A stretch of 64,000 bases of DNA from a virus, in IMG/VR virus record IMGVR_UViG_3300048930_001424, positions 26,257-90,256 of that record, one strand, 5' to 3'. Shown here piece by piece: positions 20,241 through 30,563 of the stretch (position 1 is its first letter; every line of letters begins with the position of its first letter). The notes under the pieces were generated by a model. The model made no database searches, was not told the DNA's origin, and was given only the letters and a program-made list of their open reading frames with translations. The translations under genes were made by a program, and so were the position numbers.

Positions 20241-20658
20241 CAGCGAGGGCTTGCGATTTGATCGGGCGACGTGAGGTACGGGCAGTGCTGTTAACCAGAG
20301 AATCGCCCCTCAGAACGCCCCTGGTGGCCCGGATTCGACGGTTTGAACCCGTTACGATCGGGGAGCTTCAAGGGCCGCGGCCAAGTGCCGCGGCCCTGTT
20401 CGTTTACGGCTCGGGTAGCCCCTGGCCCCTCTGGCACCGCGCCAGTTCCACGCGGGAATCCGCGAAGTTTGGCGGCCCACGGCAAGCCGAACCGCGTTCT
20501 CCGGTTTGCCACCTTTGCCTAGACGGCATCGTTGAACGCGGCTTCAGGTCGCGCGTGGCGCGCCAAACTCTCGACTCTCGGTAGAGAGCGGTCGAGCGGG
20601 TTTACAGGTTGGTTGCCGATAGCCCCGAACGCCCGAGCCGGTTCGCAACGCGGCCGCG

Positions 20659-22554
20659 TCAGCGCACGGCCTGCTCGCCGGCGAGGATGCGATCGAGCCA
20701 GGCAACGTCCCAGATGCGGTCGGCGATCCGGCGGTAGAGCGCCTGCCGTTCGTCGAGGTCCGCCTTCTTGAACTGACCATGCGCCCGGAACGGAAGTTCC
20801 TGATCCCGGACAAAGCGGACGAATCCGGGGTTGTGCTCGTAGGCGCGAGGGTGCAGCGACTTGGCCAGCGCGTTTTGTCCGAAGTAGTGCTCCAGCTTGT
20901 CGGCATAGGGCCGATCCCCGTAGGAGGCGTTGAACGACTTGGGGAGCAGCAGGAGGCCGCCAAACCGGTTGCGGTAGTCTTCGAAGTCGGTCTTGTGCTG
21001 AAACTCGTCGCGGAAATCCTCCGGGTGGTTCGGCCAGATGTGCTCGACCTCGAATCCCTTCTTCCCCCGAAGCGTGATGTACTCCGCGTAGCGAGACTGG
21101 CCGCCGCCGCTCACATCGATGTAGTCCGCCATGCGAGCCAGTAGACGCTTGATCGGCTTGTGGCTCCACTGGTTCAGATAAAACCCATCGAACCCCGTGA
21201 GCCTCTCGGTTTGCTCTTCGAGCCGCTTGCGCAACGCCGCGGCGATCTCCTTCGGGCTGCCGCCCCGGATGTCGCGCACGACGGTGAAGACGTTGTACTG
21301 CAGCGAGTTGTAGTCGCAGTTGCGGAAGTTGCACAGTCGGCGCGACAGATAGATGTCTGCGTACTTGGCGACGAGCCGCATCTTCAGCCGGATCACGTCG
21401 TCGGAATCGCTCCGTGACAGGGCAGCCAGCAACAGCGTCGGCTGGTGGGTGAACTGGTGCGTGGCGTTGTGGTAGACGTTCTCCAGCCCAGGCGTTGGCT
21501 GCATTTCCGCTCGGCGGATGACCATGTACCACTTCGCGTAGAAGGCCATCTCCGCCGTAATGAAATCCCGGTACGCGGGCGAATGCGGCTGGCTGTTCTT
21601 CGCCAGGCCAACACGATCTGCCTGCTCTCGCACCCAGCGGTGGAACTCCGTGCCGATCCGGTCCCACGCCTCGGGCCGAGCATCCTTCTTGCGGATGCGG
21701 ATGTTGTCGGCGTACTGGCTGCGGAGCCACGCCTTGAAGAAGTCGGAGTCGTACTCCTGGTTGTCGGGCGCCAGCGCCCTCATCTCGGCCAGCATCCTCT
21801 TCCACTCGGCGCTCGCAGCGTCGCGGGAACGGGTATCCGCGATGTTCGCCAGCAGGTACCCCTTGAGCATGTCCGTCGGCGACAGTGATAGGCCGCGGTC
21901 ATTCATGGTCTCGAAGATCGTGTAGGCGACATCATCGGAGTAGGCGGTGATCTCGACCAGGTGAACGTTCTTGGTGAGCCAATCCACGAAATAAGGGAGG
22001 GCGGCATCATCGATCTCGTCGGGCCAGAGCTCCTCAATCTCGTTGTACCGGGCCACGATGTTTCTCGACGACTCGGGCAGGTCCTCGTCGTCGATGTCGG
22101 TCCCGTCGAATAGCGCCTGCATGATGGCCCGCCGCTCCGGCACATCGACGTTGAACGACTTCTCGCCGTACTCCTCTGAGTAGATCATCTCCCCGACGCT
22201 GTTCTGTTGTTTCGCGGCCTGCTGCCGCTTCATCAAGAACAGCAGGACCAGCGTGAGCGTCGTCAATCGCTGCTGGCCGTCGATGATGTAGTCGCGGCCG
22301 TCCTTCTGGCTCACGATGATCGAGCCCAGGAAGTACCGGTCATAGCCGGCGACGGCGCGACGCTCGTGCCCGGGCTCGTAGCTCCGGAAAAACACGTCGG
22401 TCAGGTCGCTGATCAACTCCTCCAGCTGCTTGGTCTGCCACTTGTACTCGCGCTGGTAGTAGTCGATGTAGAACTTCCGGCCGAACAGGATCTCGCGGAG
22501 CGTCTTGCCCTTGCCGTCGATGTTCTTCCGCTGGATGGATTGGTCGTTGCTCAT
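20659..22554 (-). CDS. gmrSD: GmrSD-family (DUF262 + DUF1524) modification-dependent restriction endonuclease
   Basis: YQREYKW, IIDGQQRLTTL, FETMNDRG; VEHIWP…GGLLLLPKSFNAS. Confidence 0.88.
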   Translation of the reverse strand: MSNDQSIQRKNIDGKGKTLREILFGRKFYIDYYQREYKWQTKQLEELISDLTDVFFRSYEPGHERRAVAGYDRYFLGSIIVSQKDGRDYIIDGQQRLTTLTLVLLFLMKRQQAAKQQNSVGEMIYSEEYGEKSFNVDVPERRAIMQALFDGTDIDDEDLPESSRNIVARYNEIEELWPDEIDDAALPYFVDWLTKNVHLVEITAYSDDVAYTIFETMNDRGLSLSPTDMLKGYLLANIADTRSRDAASAEWKRMLAEMRALAPDNQEYDSDFFKAWLRSQYADNIRIRKKDARPEAWDRIGTEFHRWVREQADRVGLAKNSQPHSPAYRDFITAEMAFYAKWYMVIRRAEMQPTPGLENVYHNATHQFTHQPTLLLAALSRSDSDDVIRLKMRLVAKYADIYLSRRLCNFRNCDYNSLQYNVFTVVRDIRGGSPKEIAAALRKRLEEQTERLTGFDGFYLNQWSHKPIKRLLARMADYIDVSGGGQSRYAEYITLRGKKGFEVEHIWPNHPEDFRDEFQHKTDFEDYRNRFGGLLLLPKSFNASYGDRPYADKLEHYFGQNALAKSLHPRAYEHNPGFVRFVRDQELPFRAHGQFKKADLDERQALYRRIADRIWDVAWLDRILAGEQAVR

Positions 22555-22699
22555 CAGGTATCCCAGACAGATGGCGGACAGGGGCCAGGGAGCCGCAGGC
22601 GTCCATCGAAGTCGGATGGTACAGGACCCCGCCCTCCTGGGCAGGAAGGGCCATCAGCCCGTACCATGTCGATTCCCGCATAGCCAGCAACCCTTCCCA

Positions 22700-25081
22700 A
22701 TGCCGAACGAAGCCGACACATGCCGCAAGTTCGTCGTCCCCAAGCTCCAAGCGGCTGGGTGGGACACGGAACCGCACAGGCTGAATGAACAGGTCACGTT
22801 CACCGACGGGCGCATCATCGTCGCTGGCCGTCGCGGACGTCGGCGGCCGGGCAAGCGAGCCGATTACCTCCTCCGGTATCGCACCGACGTATCGATCGGA
22901 GTGGTCGAGGCAAAGGCGAGCTATGCCACGCCGGGGCATGGTTTGCAGCAGGCCAAGGAGTATGCCGAGATTCTCGGCCTGAAGTTTGCTTTCGCCACCA
23001 ACGGGCACGGCATCCTCGAGTTCGACTTCATCACCGGTCTCGAGCGCGAGATCGAGACGTTTCCTACGCCGGATGAGCTTTGGCAGCGGCTGACCGCGGG
23101 GGAGCAGCTCACACCGGAAGCCGCTGCTCGAATTCTGGCCCCGGCGAACCGTGTCAGCGGCCGTGTGCCCCGGTACTACCAGGAGATCGCCATCAACCGG
23201 GCGATCCAAGGCGCAGTGCAGGGACGAGACAGGTTGTTGCTGACAATGGCGACCGGCACCGGCAAGACGGTTGTCGCCTTTCAGATCTGCTGGAAGCTTT
23301 GGTCATCGCGATGGAACCGGACGGGCGACTATCGCCGTCCGAGGATGCTGTTCCTGGCGGATCGCAGCGTGCTGGTCGACGATCCCATGGGCAAGGACTT
23401 TGCCCCGTTCGGCGATGCACGGTGGAAGATCGAGAACGGCGAGGCGAGCCAAGGGCGAGAGATGTACTTCGCACTCTACCAGGCGATTGCCGAGGACGAG
23501 CGGCGTATCGGGCTCTACAAGTCCTACCCGCCCGACTTCTTCGACCTCATCGTGGTCGACGAGTGCCATCGTGGCAGCGCCGACGCCAACGGCAGTTGGC
23601 GGGAAATCTTGGAGCACTTCAGCGGCGCCTGCCAGATCGGAATGACCGCGACGCCCCGTCGCGATGATAATGCTGACACATATGACTACTTCGGCGATCC
23701 TATCTATACATACAGCCTCCGACAGGGCATCGAGGACGGCTTCCTCGCGCCCTACCGCGTCCACCGCGTTGTGACCACATGGGACGCGGCGGGCTGGCGT
23801 CCGTCCCAGGGCGAACTGGATCGCTTCGGACGCGAGGTCCCCGACGAGGAATACCACACGAACGACTTCGAGCGCCGCGTAGCGCTCCGCGCCCGCACGG
23901 AGGCCGTCGCCAAGCACTTGACCGAGTACCTCAAGAAGACCAATCGCTACGCCAAGACCATCGTGTTCTGCGTGGATCAGAACCATGCCGATGAGATGCG
24001 CCGTGCGCTGAACAACGCCAATGCGGACCTCGTGCAGCAGCACCCCGACTATGTGTGCCGTGTCACCTCAGATGAGGGAGACACCGGGCGCACGCACCTG
24101 AGCAAGTTCCAGGATGTCGAGCGACCAACGCCCGTGATCCTGACGACCTCCCAGATGCTCACGACGGGGGTTGATGCGCCAACCGTGCAGAACGTCGTGC
24201 TCGTGCGCGTGATCAACTCGATGACCGAGTTCAAACAGATCATCGGTCGCGGGACGCGCGTGCGCGACGATCACGACAAGCTGTTCTTCAGCATCATGGA
24301 CTACACGGGCTCTGCGACGCGGCTGTTTGCGGACCCGGACTTCGACGGCGGCCCGGTGGTCGAGATCGAGCAGTCCATCAACCAGGAAGGCGAGCCCACC
24401 GATGAGGAGGTAGTCGTTACACCCGAGGAGCCCCCGCCGGACGACACGATCGTGGACGTGTTCCCACCCGACGTAGACATCGACGACGACGAGGATGACG
24501 GACCGAAGCGTGAGCGGTACTTTGTCGACGGCGGGCACGTCGAGATTGCTGCCCACCTCGTTTACGAGCTCGATCCCGACGGCAACCAGCTTCGGGTCGT
24601 CCAGTTCACCGACTACACCGCAGACAAGGTTCGAACCCTGTTCCGCTCCGCTGGTGAGCTGCGGGCCGAGTGGGCCGACCCCGACAAGCGTCGCGAGGTG
24701 ATCGACAAACTCGAAGACCGTGGCATCCGCTTCGAGGACCTGGCGGAGTTCGCCAACCAGCCCGACGCGGACCCGCTGGACCTGCTGTGCTACCTCGCGT
24801 TCAACGCTCCGCTGCGCACTCGCCGCGAGCGCGCACGTCGACTGCGGTCGGAGAAGAAGGACTTTTTCGAGCAATACGCCCCCGAGGCGAGGGCGATCCT
24901 CGACGAACTGCTCGACAAGTACACCGATCATGGACTCGCTGAGTTCTCGCTGCCCGAAGTGCTCAAGCTCCCGCCGATCAACGCGCACGGAAACACACTT
25001 CAGATCGCCCGCCTGTTCGGAGGCGAAGATCGGCTCATGGACGCCGTCCGTGAGTTGCAGTCCCTTCTCTATGCCGCGTAG
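22700..25081 (+). CDS. hsdR: Type I restriction enzyme R subunit (EcoEI-like)
   Basis: ADYLL…VEAK, MATGTGKT, DECH, MTATP, QIIGRGTR; EcoEI-type C-terminus. Confidence 0.93.
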   Translation: MPNEADTCRKFVVPKLQAAGWDTEPHRLNEQVTFTDGRIIVAGRRGRRRPGKRADYLLRYRTDVSIGVVEAKASYATPGHGLQQAKEYAEILGLKFAFATNGHGILEFDFITGLEREIETFPTPDELWQRLTAGEQLTPEAAARILAPANRVSGRVPRYYQEIAINRAIQGAVQGRDRLLLTMATGTGKTVVAFQICWKLWSSRWNRTGDYRRPRMLFLADRSVLVDDPMGKDFAPFGDARWKIENGEASQGREMYFALYQAIAEDERRIGLYKSYPPDFFDLIVVDECHRGSADANGSWREILEHFSGACQIGMTATPRRDDNADTYDYFGDPIYTYSLRQGIEDGFLAPYRVHRVVTTWDAAGWRPSQGELDRFGREVPDEEYHTNDFERRVALRARTEAVAKHLTEYLKKTNRYAKTIVFCVDQNHADEMRRALNNANADLVQQHPDYVCRVTSDEGDTGRTHLSKFQDVERPTPVILTTSQMLTTGVDAPTVQNVVLVRVINSMTEFKQIIGRGTRVRDDHDKLFFSIMDYTGSATRLFADPDFDGGPVVEIEQSINQEGEPTDEEVVVTPEEPPPDDTIVDVFPPDVDIDDDEDDGPKRERYFVDGGHVEIAAHLVYELDPDGNQLRVVQFTDYTADKVRTLFRSAGELRAEWADPDKRREVIDKLEDRGIRFEDLAEFANQPDADPLDLLCYLAFNAPLRTRRERARRLRSEKKDFFEQYAPEARAILDELLDKYTDHGLAEFSLPEVLKLPPINAHGNTLQIARLFGGEDRLMDAVRELQSLLYAA

Positions 25082-25155
25082 TCGCCCTACAACCCGCCCC
25101 TGTCCCTCGTCTCCACCCCCGCTCCCCTGACCTCACAGATGAACTGAACCCCGCG

Positions 25156-27087
25156 ATGGCAAAGAAGACTCGAAAGCCCGAATCAGCAACTCACGCCAGC
25201 GCGAACGATTCGTCCGCGACGAAACGCGGCCGCAAGCCGAAGACCCCGAAGACGCCGCCGACGACAGCCGAGCGATTGGGCAGTGTCGTGAAGTCCTGCC
25301 GCAAGATCATGCGGAAAGACAAGGGCCTCAACGGTGACCTCGATCGGTTGCCGATGCTCACCTGGATCATGTTCCTGAAGTTCCTCGACGACATGGAGCA
25401 GATCGAGGAATCCGACGCCAAGATGAAGAAGGCCCGGTACCACTCGGCGATCGAATCGCCATATCGCTGGCGGGATTGGGCGGCGAAGGAGAACGGGATC
25501 ACCGGCCCTGAGCTGCTGTCGTTCATCACACAGGAGAAGACCAGGCGGCCCGACGGCACGGAGGGACCCGGACTACTCAAGTACCTTGGCACGCTCCAGA
25601 ACGGCAAGGGCAGCCGTCGGCAGGTCATCGGCACGGTGTTCGGTGGCGCGGACGGCACCGGTGGCGGCATCACCAGCCGGATGCAGTCTGGCTACCTCCT
25701 CCGTGACGTGATCAACGCTGTCAACTCGATCAACTTCCTCCAGCAGGATGAACTCTTCACGCTCGGCTTCCTCTACGAATCCATGTTGCGAGAGATGCGG
25801 GACGCCGCCGGCGACTCTGGCGAGTTCTACACGCCGCGCCCAGTGGTTCGTTTCATGGTCGAAGCGGTGGACCCTCGCCTCGGTGAAGTGGTGCTCGACC
25901 CCGCGTGCGGCACCGGCGGCTTTCTTGTTGAGGCGTTCAGCCACCTCCAGAAGCAGGCCAAGAGCGTTCAGCAGCGTGAGACCCTCCAGTCCACGTCGAT
26001 CCGAGGCGGCGAGCCCAAGTCGCTGCCGTACCTGCTCTGCCAGATGAACTTGTTGCTGCATGGCGTCGAGCGCCCGCAGATCGACCCCGCCAACTCGCTG
26101 GACGTGAAAGTCACGGAGCTGGGCGACAAGGACCGCGTCGATGCCATCCTCACCAATCCGCCATTCGGCGGTGAGGAAGAACGCGGCATTCTCTCGAACT
26201 TCCCGGCGGACATGCAGACGACCGAAACGGCGATGCTGTTCCTGCAGCTCATCATGCGGAAGTTGCGGCGAGCGCCCAAGCCTGGGCGGGCGGCGGTCAT
26301 CGTTCCCAACGGCACGCTCTTTGGCGACGGCGTGTGCGCGAAGATCAAGGAAGACCTGATCCTCAACTACAACCTGCACACGGTGGTACGCCTGCCGCAG
26401 GGTGTGTTTGAGCCATACACGCCTATCCCCACCAATGTTCTCTTCTTCGAAGCGGGCGAGCCAACACGGACGATCTGGTACTACGAGCTCGCGCTGCCCG
26501 AGGGCCGCAAGAAGTACACCAAGACGCAGCCCATGCAGTTCGAGGAATTCGCGGCCTGTCTGAAGTGGTTCAAGCAGGCGCGGCGGACGGAATCGACCAC
26601 AGCAGAGAACGGCAAGGGCTGGGCGTGGAAGGTGGACATGGCGGCGAAGGTGGCGGAGGCGAAGAAGAAGGCCGCTCCGCACTGGAAGGAAGCCGACGCT
26701 GCCCGCGAGCGCGCGAGCCTGTGCGAGAAACAGGCCCGCGAGGCGGCGGCCGACGCCGTCGCGCTGCGAAAGACCGGAGGAGCATCCTCCGCGATCGATG
26801 CGTTGTGGGATCGGGAGAAGGCGCTGAAGGACAAGGCCAAGGCCGAACTCGTGACGGCGAAGACAGAGCAGGAGGCGGGCGACGCGATCTATTGGCCGAT
26901 CTTCAACCTGGACATCAAGAACCCGTTCAGCGCGGAGGCGCTGGAGCACCTGCCGCCGGAGACGCTGGCCGACAGCATCGCGCAGAAGTCCATGCGAATC
27001 TCCGCGATCATGGATGAAGTGAAGGGGATTCTCGGTATCTCGTCCGATACTGCTGCTGGCCTCGCGACGGCGGGGGCGGGTACATGA
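25156..27087 (+). CDS. hsdM: Type I RM methyltransferase subunit
   Basis: GEFYTPR, DPACGTGGFL, TNPPFGG. Confidence 0.93.
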   Translation: MAKKTRKPESATHASANDSSATKRGRKPKTPKTPPTTAERLGSVVKSCRKIMRKDKGLNGDLDRLPMLTWIMFLKFLDDMEQIEESDAKMKKARYHSAIESPYRWRDWAAKENGITGPELLSFITQEKTRRPDGTEGPGLLKYLGTLQNGKGSRRQVIGTVFGGADGTGGGITSRMQSGYLLRDVINAVNSINFLQQDELFTLGFLYESMLREMRDAAGDSGEFYTPRPVVRFMVEAVDPRLGEVVLDPACGTGGFLVEAFSHLQKQAKSVQQRETLQSTSIRGGEPKSLPYLLCQMNLLLHGVERPQIDPANSLDVKVTELGDKDRVDAILTNPPFGGEEERGILSNFPADMQTTETAMLFLQLIMRKLRRAPKPGRAAVIVPNGTLFGDGVCAKIKEDLILNYNLHTVVRLPQGVFEPYTPIPTNVLFFEAGEPTRTIWYYELALPEGRKKYTKTQPMQFEEFAACLKWFKQARRTESTTAENGKGWAWKVDMAAKVAEAKKKAAPHWKEADAARERASLCEKQAREAAADAVALRKTGGASSAIDALWDREKALKDKAKAELVTAKTEQEAGDAIYWPIFNLDIKNPFSAEALEHLPPETLADSIAQKSMRISAIMDEVKGILGISSDTAAGLATAGAGT

Positions 27088-29099
27088 GTGACGCTGGGCC
27101 ACAGACGCCGCTTGGCGAGTGCATTCGGCATCGCTCGGAGATCATCCGGCTCGATGATCGAGAGACCTACCTGCGCTGCCGTGTTCAGTTGAACGGCCGT
27201 GGCGTCGTTCTCCGCGATCGCGTCCTGGGGGTGGATGTCAAGACGAAGGAGCAACAGGTCTGTCGTGCTGGCGAGTTGCTGGTAGCCGAGATCGACGCGA
27301 AGATGGGCGGCGTCGGGATCGTGCCCGACGACTTGGCAGGCGCGATCGTGAGCAGCCACTACTTTCTGTTTCAAATAGATGAGTCGAAGTTGCGGCGCAA
27401 GTTTCTGGACTACTACCTGCGCACTCCAGACTTCCAGACGCAGGTGAAGGCACGCGGTTCGACCAACTACTCGGCGATCAGACCATACCACGTCCTCGCG
27501 TACACGATACCGCTGCCGTTGCCCGACGAGCAGGACCGCATCGTGGCGACGTTAGATGCCGCCGCGGCGCGAGTCACGGAAGCGCAGCGATTGTGCCGCG
27601 AGATCGACGAGGAGGCGGATGCGCTTTGCCGGTCAATCCTCTCAGATCCTCGGCACCCCACCGCGCCTACCCCGATGCGTGAGCTTGTGACCCTGCGCCC
27701 GCCTGATGTCGATGTCAAAGCCGCAGAGTCGTACCACTTCGCGGGAATCTACTGTTTCGGCAAGGGCATGTTCCGCGGGCAGACGCGGCTCGGCGCGGAG
27801 TTCTCATACGACACGCTCTCGCGCGTCCGCGCCGGCGAATTCACCTATCCGAAGTTGATGGCGTGGGAGGGTGCTCTGTGCGTTGTCCCGCCCGAGTGCG
27901 ATGGCCTCTATGTCTCCACCGAGTACCCGGTGTTCGAGATCAACACAGACCGCGTGCTGCCTGATGTGCTCGACGTGTACTTCCGCTCGCCCGAAGTCTG
28001 GCCGAAGTTGTCCGGCACGAGCAAGGGCACCAATGTCCGCCGTCGCCGCTTGAATCCACAGCAGTTCCTGAGCTACATCATGCCGCTGCCCAAGCGGGAA
28101 GTTCAGGGGCGCGTCGCAGCGGTTCGCGCGAAGCTCGCGGGTATCAAGGCGCAACACGCAGGGCTCGTGACCGAACTCGAGGCCCTCATGCCCGCGATCC
28201 TCGACCGCGCCTTCAAGGGAGAGTTGGCGGGGATGGCGGCGGCCACTCAATCTGGACGTGTCTTCGCGGCTGCCGACCCTTCGGCGACGATCATCAAAGG
28301 GTCTACGGTCGCCGTCGAGGGTTCGGCAAGGGTTGTCGAGCCTTCCTTTGTTCCCGTCGAAGGGTCGAACACGAGCATCGAAGGGTCATCGGCAACGGTC
28401 GAAGGTTCTTCAACGGGTGGGCACGCGACGAGAACGGCAGACTCTGCGCGTTCCGTGGTGTCCATCACCGTGCAGACCTGGAACATCCCGGAGCTCGCCG
28501 CGATCCAGGCCGAGTTGGTCCGCCGCAACGGCGGCAGCGCCACGCTGGGCCGCAAGAAGATCTCCAAAGGGGCCTATCTCGCCGCCGCCTTGCTTGGCGC
28601 GAGACAGAATCCGCCGCCGCTTCGCAAAGCGGCCGGACCGTTCAACACCCAGGGGCAGAACGAGGTCGAGGCATATGCCACGCAGGCGGGCTGGTTCCGC
28701 GACTTCGCGCCGCCATCCGGGCAGCGATCGTCATCACGCTATCGCGCGGGCGACCGCATCGCAGAAGCCGCAGCGAAGGCGAAGGGGCTGGTCGCGGCCC
28801 GGGCCGCGGAGTTCGAACGGTTCATCGGCGTCTTCGTCAAATGGGACTCAGACACAGCGGAACTGCACGCGACGGCGCACGCCGCGTGGAACGGCCTGAT
28901 CGCGGCGGGCAAGCCGGTGAGCGAGACTGCCATCATCGAGACGTTCTTTGAGTGGAGCGAGGAGAAGGCCAAGTTCAAAACGACGCAGATCCGCTCTGCA
29001 CTGGCGACGCTGCGCTCCCTCGGCTTGGAACCGAACGGTGGCGGGCCCGTGGTGTCGGGGGTAGGCGAGTCGAACCTGTTCAGCGGTGCGAGTCGATGA
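27084..29099 (+). CDS. hsdS: Type I RM specificity subunit with extra C-terminal domain
   Basis: Two TRDs ending PLPLPDEQDRIV and PLPKREVQ…ILDRAFKGEL; ~290-aa extension. Confidence 0.85.
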   Translation: MSDAGPQTPLGECIRHRSEIIRLDDRETYLRCRVQLNGRGVVLRDRVLGVDVKTKEQQVCRAGELLVAEIDAKMGGVGIVPDDLAGAIVSSHYFLFQIDESKLRRKFLDYYLRTPDFQTQVKARGSTNYSAIRPYHVLAYTIPLPLPDEQDRIVATLDAAAARVTEAQRLCREIDEEADALCRSILSDPRHPTAPTPMRELVTLRPPDVDVKAAESYHFAGIYCFGKGMFRGQTRLGAEFSYDTLSRVRAGEFTYPKLMAWEGALCVVPPECDGLYVSTEYPVFEINTDRVLPDVLDVYFRSPEVWPKLSGTSKGTNVRRRRLNPQQFLSYIMPLPKREVQGRVAAVRAKLAGIKAQHAGLVTELEALMPAILDRAFKGELAGMAAATQSGRVFAAADPSATIIKGSTVAVEGSARVVEPSFVPVEGSNTSIEGSSATVEGSSTGGHATRTADSARSVVSITVQTWNIPELAAIQAELVRRNGGSATLGRKKISKGAYLAAALLGARQNPPPLRKAAGPFNTQGQNEVEAYATQAGWFRDFAPPSGQRSSSRYRAGDRIAEAAAKAKGLVAARAAEFERFIGVFVKWDSDTAELHATAHAAWNGLIAAGKPVSETAIIETFFEWSEEKAKFKTTQIRSALATLRSLGLEPNGGGPVVSGVGESNLFSGASR

Positions 29100-29102
29100 A
29101 TC

Positions 29103-30563
29103 ATGCGCTTCTACGTCGTTCCATATCGCCACACGCTCCCGCCCAACGCCAAGTTCCCGTGCGTTCAGCTCACGCGTGACAGTTGGAACGACTTCGGGTA
29201 CGTCACGCTCTTCACGATGGCGTATCACGCCACCAAGAAGAAACAGGTGGAGGTTGGCTCGGTTAAGATCCTTCGTCGCGGCGAATCAGCGCCCAAGCTG
29301 GACAGCCCGTTCAACGAGGTAGCCGAAGACTGTTGCTCGCTCGGGCAGAGTCTGGAGTACTACAAGACGTTGAGCACGATCCCGCAGGACCGGAGAACGG
29401 CGATTCTCCGTGGACTACGCGACGTCGTGCATGATCCCACGCTGGTGCCGCTATTCGAGTCCGAGGAGGGGTGGAAGAAATCCGTGCTGCGATTCAGTGA
29501 AGCGGAGCTGGCACTGAAGGAGGGACGCGCTGCCCTAGACGCCAACGAGGTGCAGGAGCAGCCCATCTTGTTCACGTTCCAGGCCGTGCTCAAGGGAGCC
29601 AGTGCGCCTTTCGTGACCAACTTTCGCTTCAGCGACACCCCGACCGTCCCGAGCCGGATCATGGCCCTCGTCGGGAAGAACGGCGCTGGCAAGACCTGGT
29701 TCCTGTCGCGATTGGCGGCAGCCGTGAGTGGCGATGACCCAAAGGGCAGCAGCTTTGGCAGCGGAGACCAGCAGGAAGGGGAGGTCGACGCCGGACGCCC
29801 TCGGTTCAGCCGGGCGATAGCCGTCTCCTACAGCGCGCTGGACCGGTTCCGACGTCCTGGCAAGGAACGCACCTTCAGCTACCGCTACTGCGGGATCTAC
29901 GACGACACCGGCCGCATCGCCCCGCGCGCACAGATGTTCCGCAAAATGCGGTCAGCCTTTGAGACTGTAAAGAAGTTGGAGCACGAAGACATTTGGAGCG
30001 AAGTGCTCGCCGACGTGCTCGACGATGGCGCGTTCACGCTCGTCACCGACTACCTCAAGGCCGGCGGGGACGATCCCAAGCCCAAGGCCCCGGCACTGAG
30101 TTCTGGCCAGCTTGTGCTCGCCTCAACACTGACGGGTGTGATCGCTGTCATCGAGCCTGCATCCCTGTTGTTGTACGACGAGCCGGAACTTCACCTTCAC
30201 CCCAATGCGATCGCGGGGCTGATGAGGGCGATCGAACGGCTGCTCTCGCACTTCCGGTCATATGCCGTGATCGCCACGCACTCGCCGATGATCCTGCAGC
30301 AGGTGCCGGCACGGTACGTTCGCGTCTTCACGCGGCTGGATCGGATGACGAACATCGAGCCACTCGGGATTGAGTCATTCGGCCAGAACCTGACCGTGCT
30401 GACCGAGCAGATCTTCAAAGCCGGCGACACGCCGAGCCGCTTTCGCGATTGGTCACAGCGGGTCGCCCCAGGACGACCGCTGGAAGAGATTCAGGCGGGC
30501 TTCGAGTACCCGCTCAGCTTCGAGGCGAAGATGTTCTTGCGTGCTGATCGAGGGGACGTCTGA
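29103..30563 (+). CDS. ABC/AAA_21 ATPase (PtuA/Septu-like)
   Basis: GKNGAGKT, LSSGQ, YDEPELHLHP, IATHSP. Confidence 0.85.
   Translation: MRFYVVPYRHTLPPNAKFPCVQLTRDSWNDFGYVTLFTMAYHATKKKQVEVGSVKILRRGESAPKLDSPFNEVAEDCCSLGQSLEYYKTLSTIPQDRRTAILRGLRDVVHDPTLVPLFESEEGWKKSVLRFSEAELALKEGRAALDANEVQEQPILFTFQAVLKGASAPFVTNFRFSDTPTVPSRIMALVGKNGAGKTWFLSRLAAAVSGDDPKGSSFGSGDQQEGEVDAGRPRFSRAIAVSYSALDRFRRPGKERTFSYRYCGIYDDTGRIAPRAQMFRKMRSAFETVKKLEHEDIWSEVLADVLDDGAFTLVTDYLKAGGDDPKPKAPALSSGQLVLASTLTGVIAVIEPASLLLYDEPELHLHPNAIAGLMRAIERLLSHFRSYAVIATHSPMILQQVPARYVRVFTRLDRMTNIEPLGIESFGQNLTVLTEQIFKAGDTPSRFRDWSQRVAPGRPLEEIQAGFEYPLSFEAKMFLRADRGDV

Noticed and set aside
20322-20350. tRNA or tmRNA fragment (TGGTGG…GGATTCGACGG) as an att site
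   Set aside because: No acceptor or T-arm pairing and no matching 3' end at the expected distance.
20237-20584. 115-aa ORF in the HEPN-GmrSD gap
   Set aside because: TTG start, no motif, lies in a convergent gap; probably spurious.
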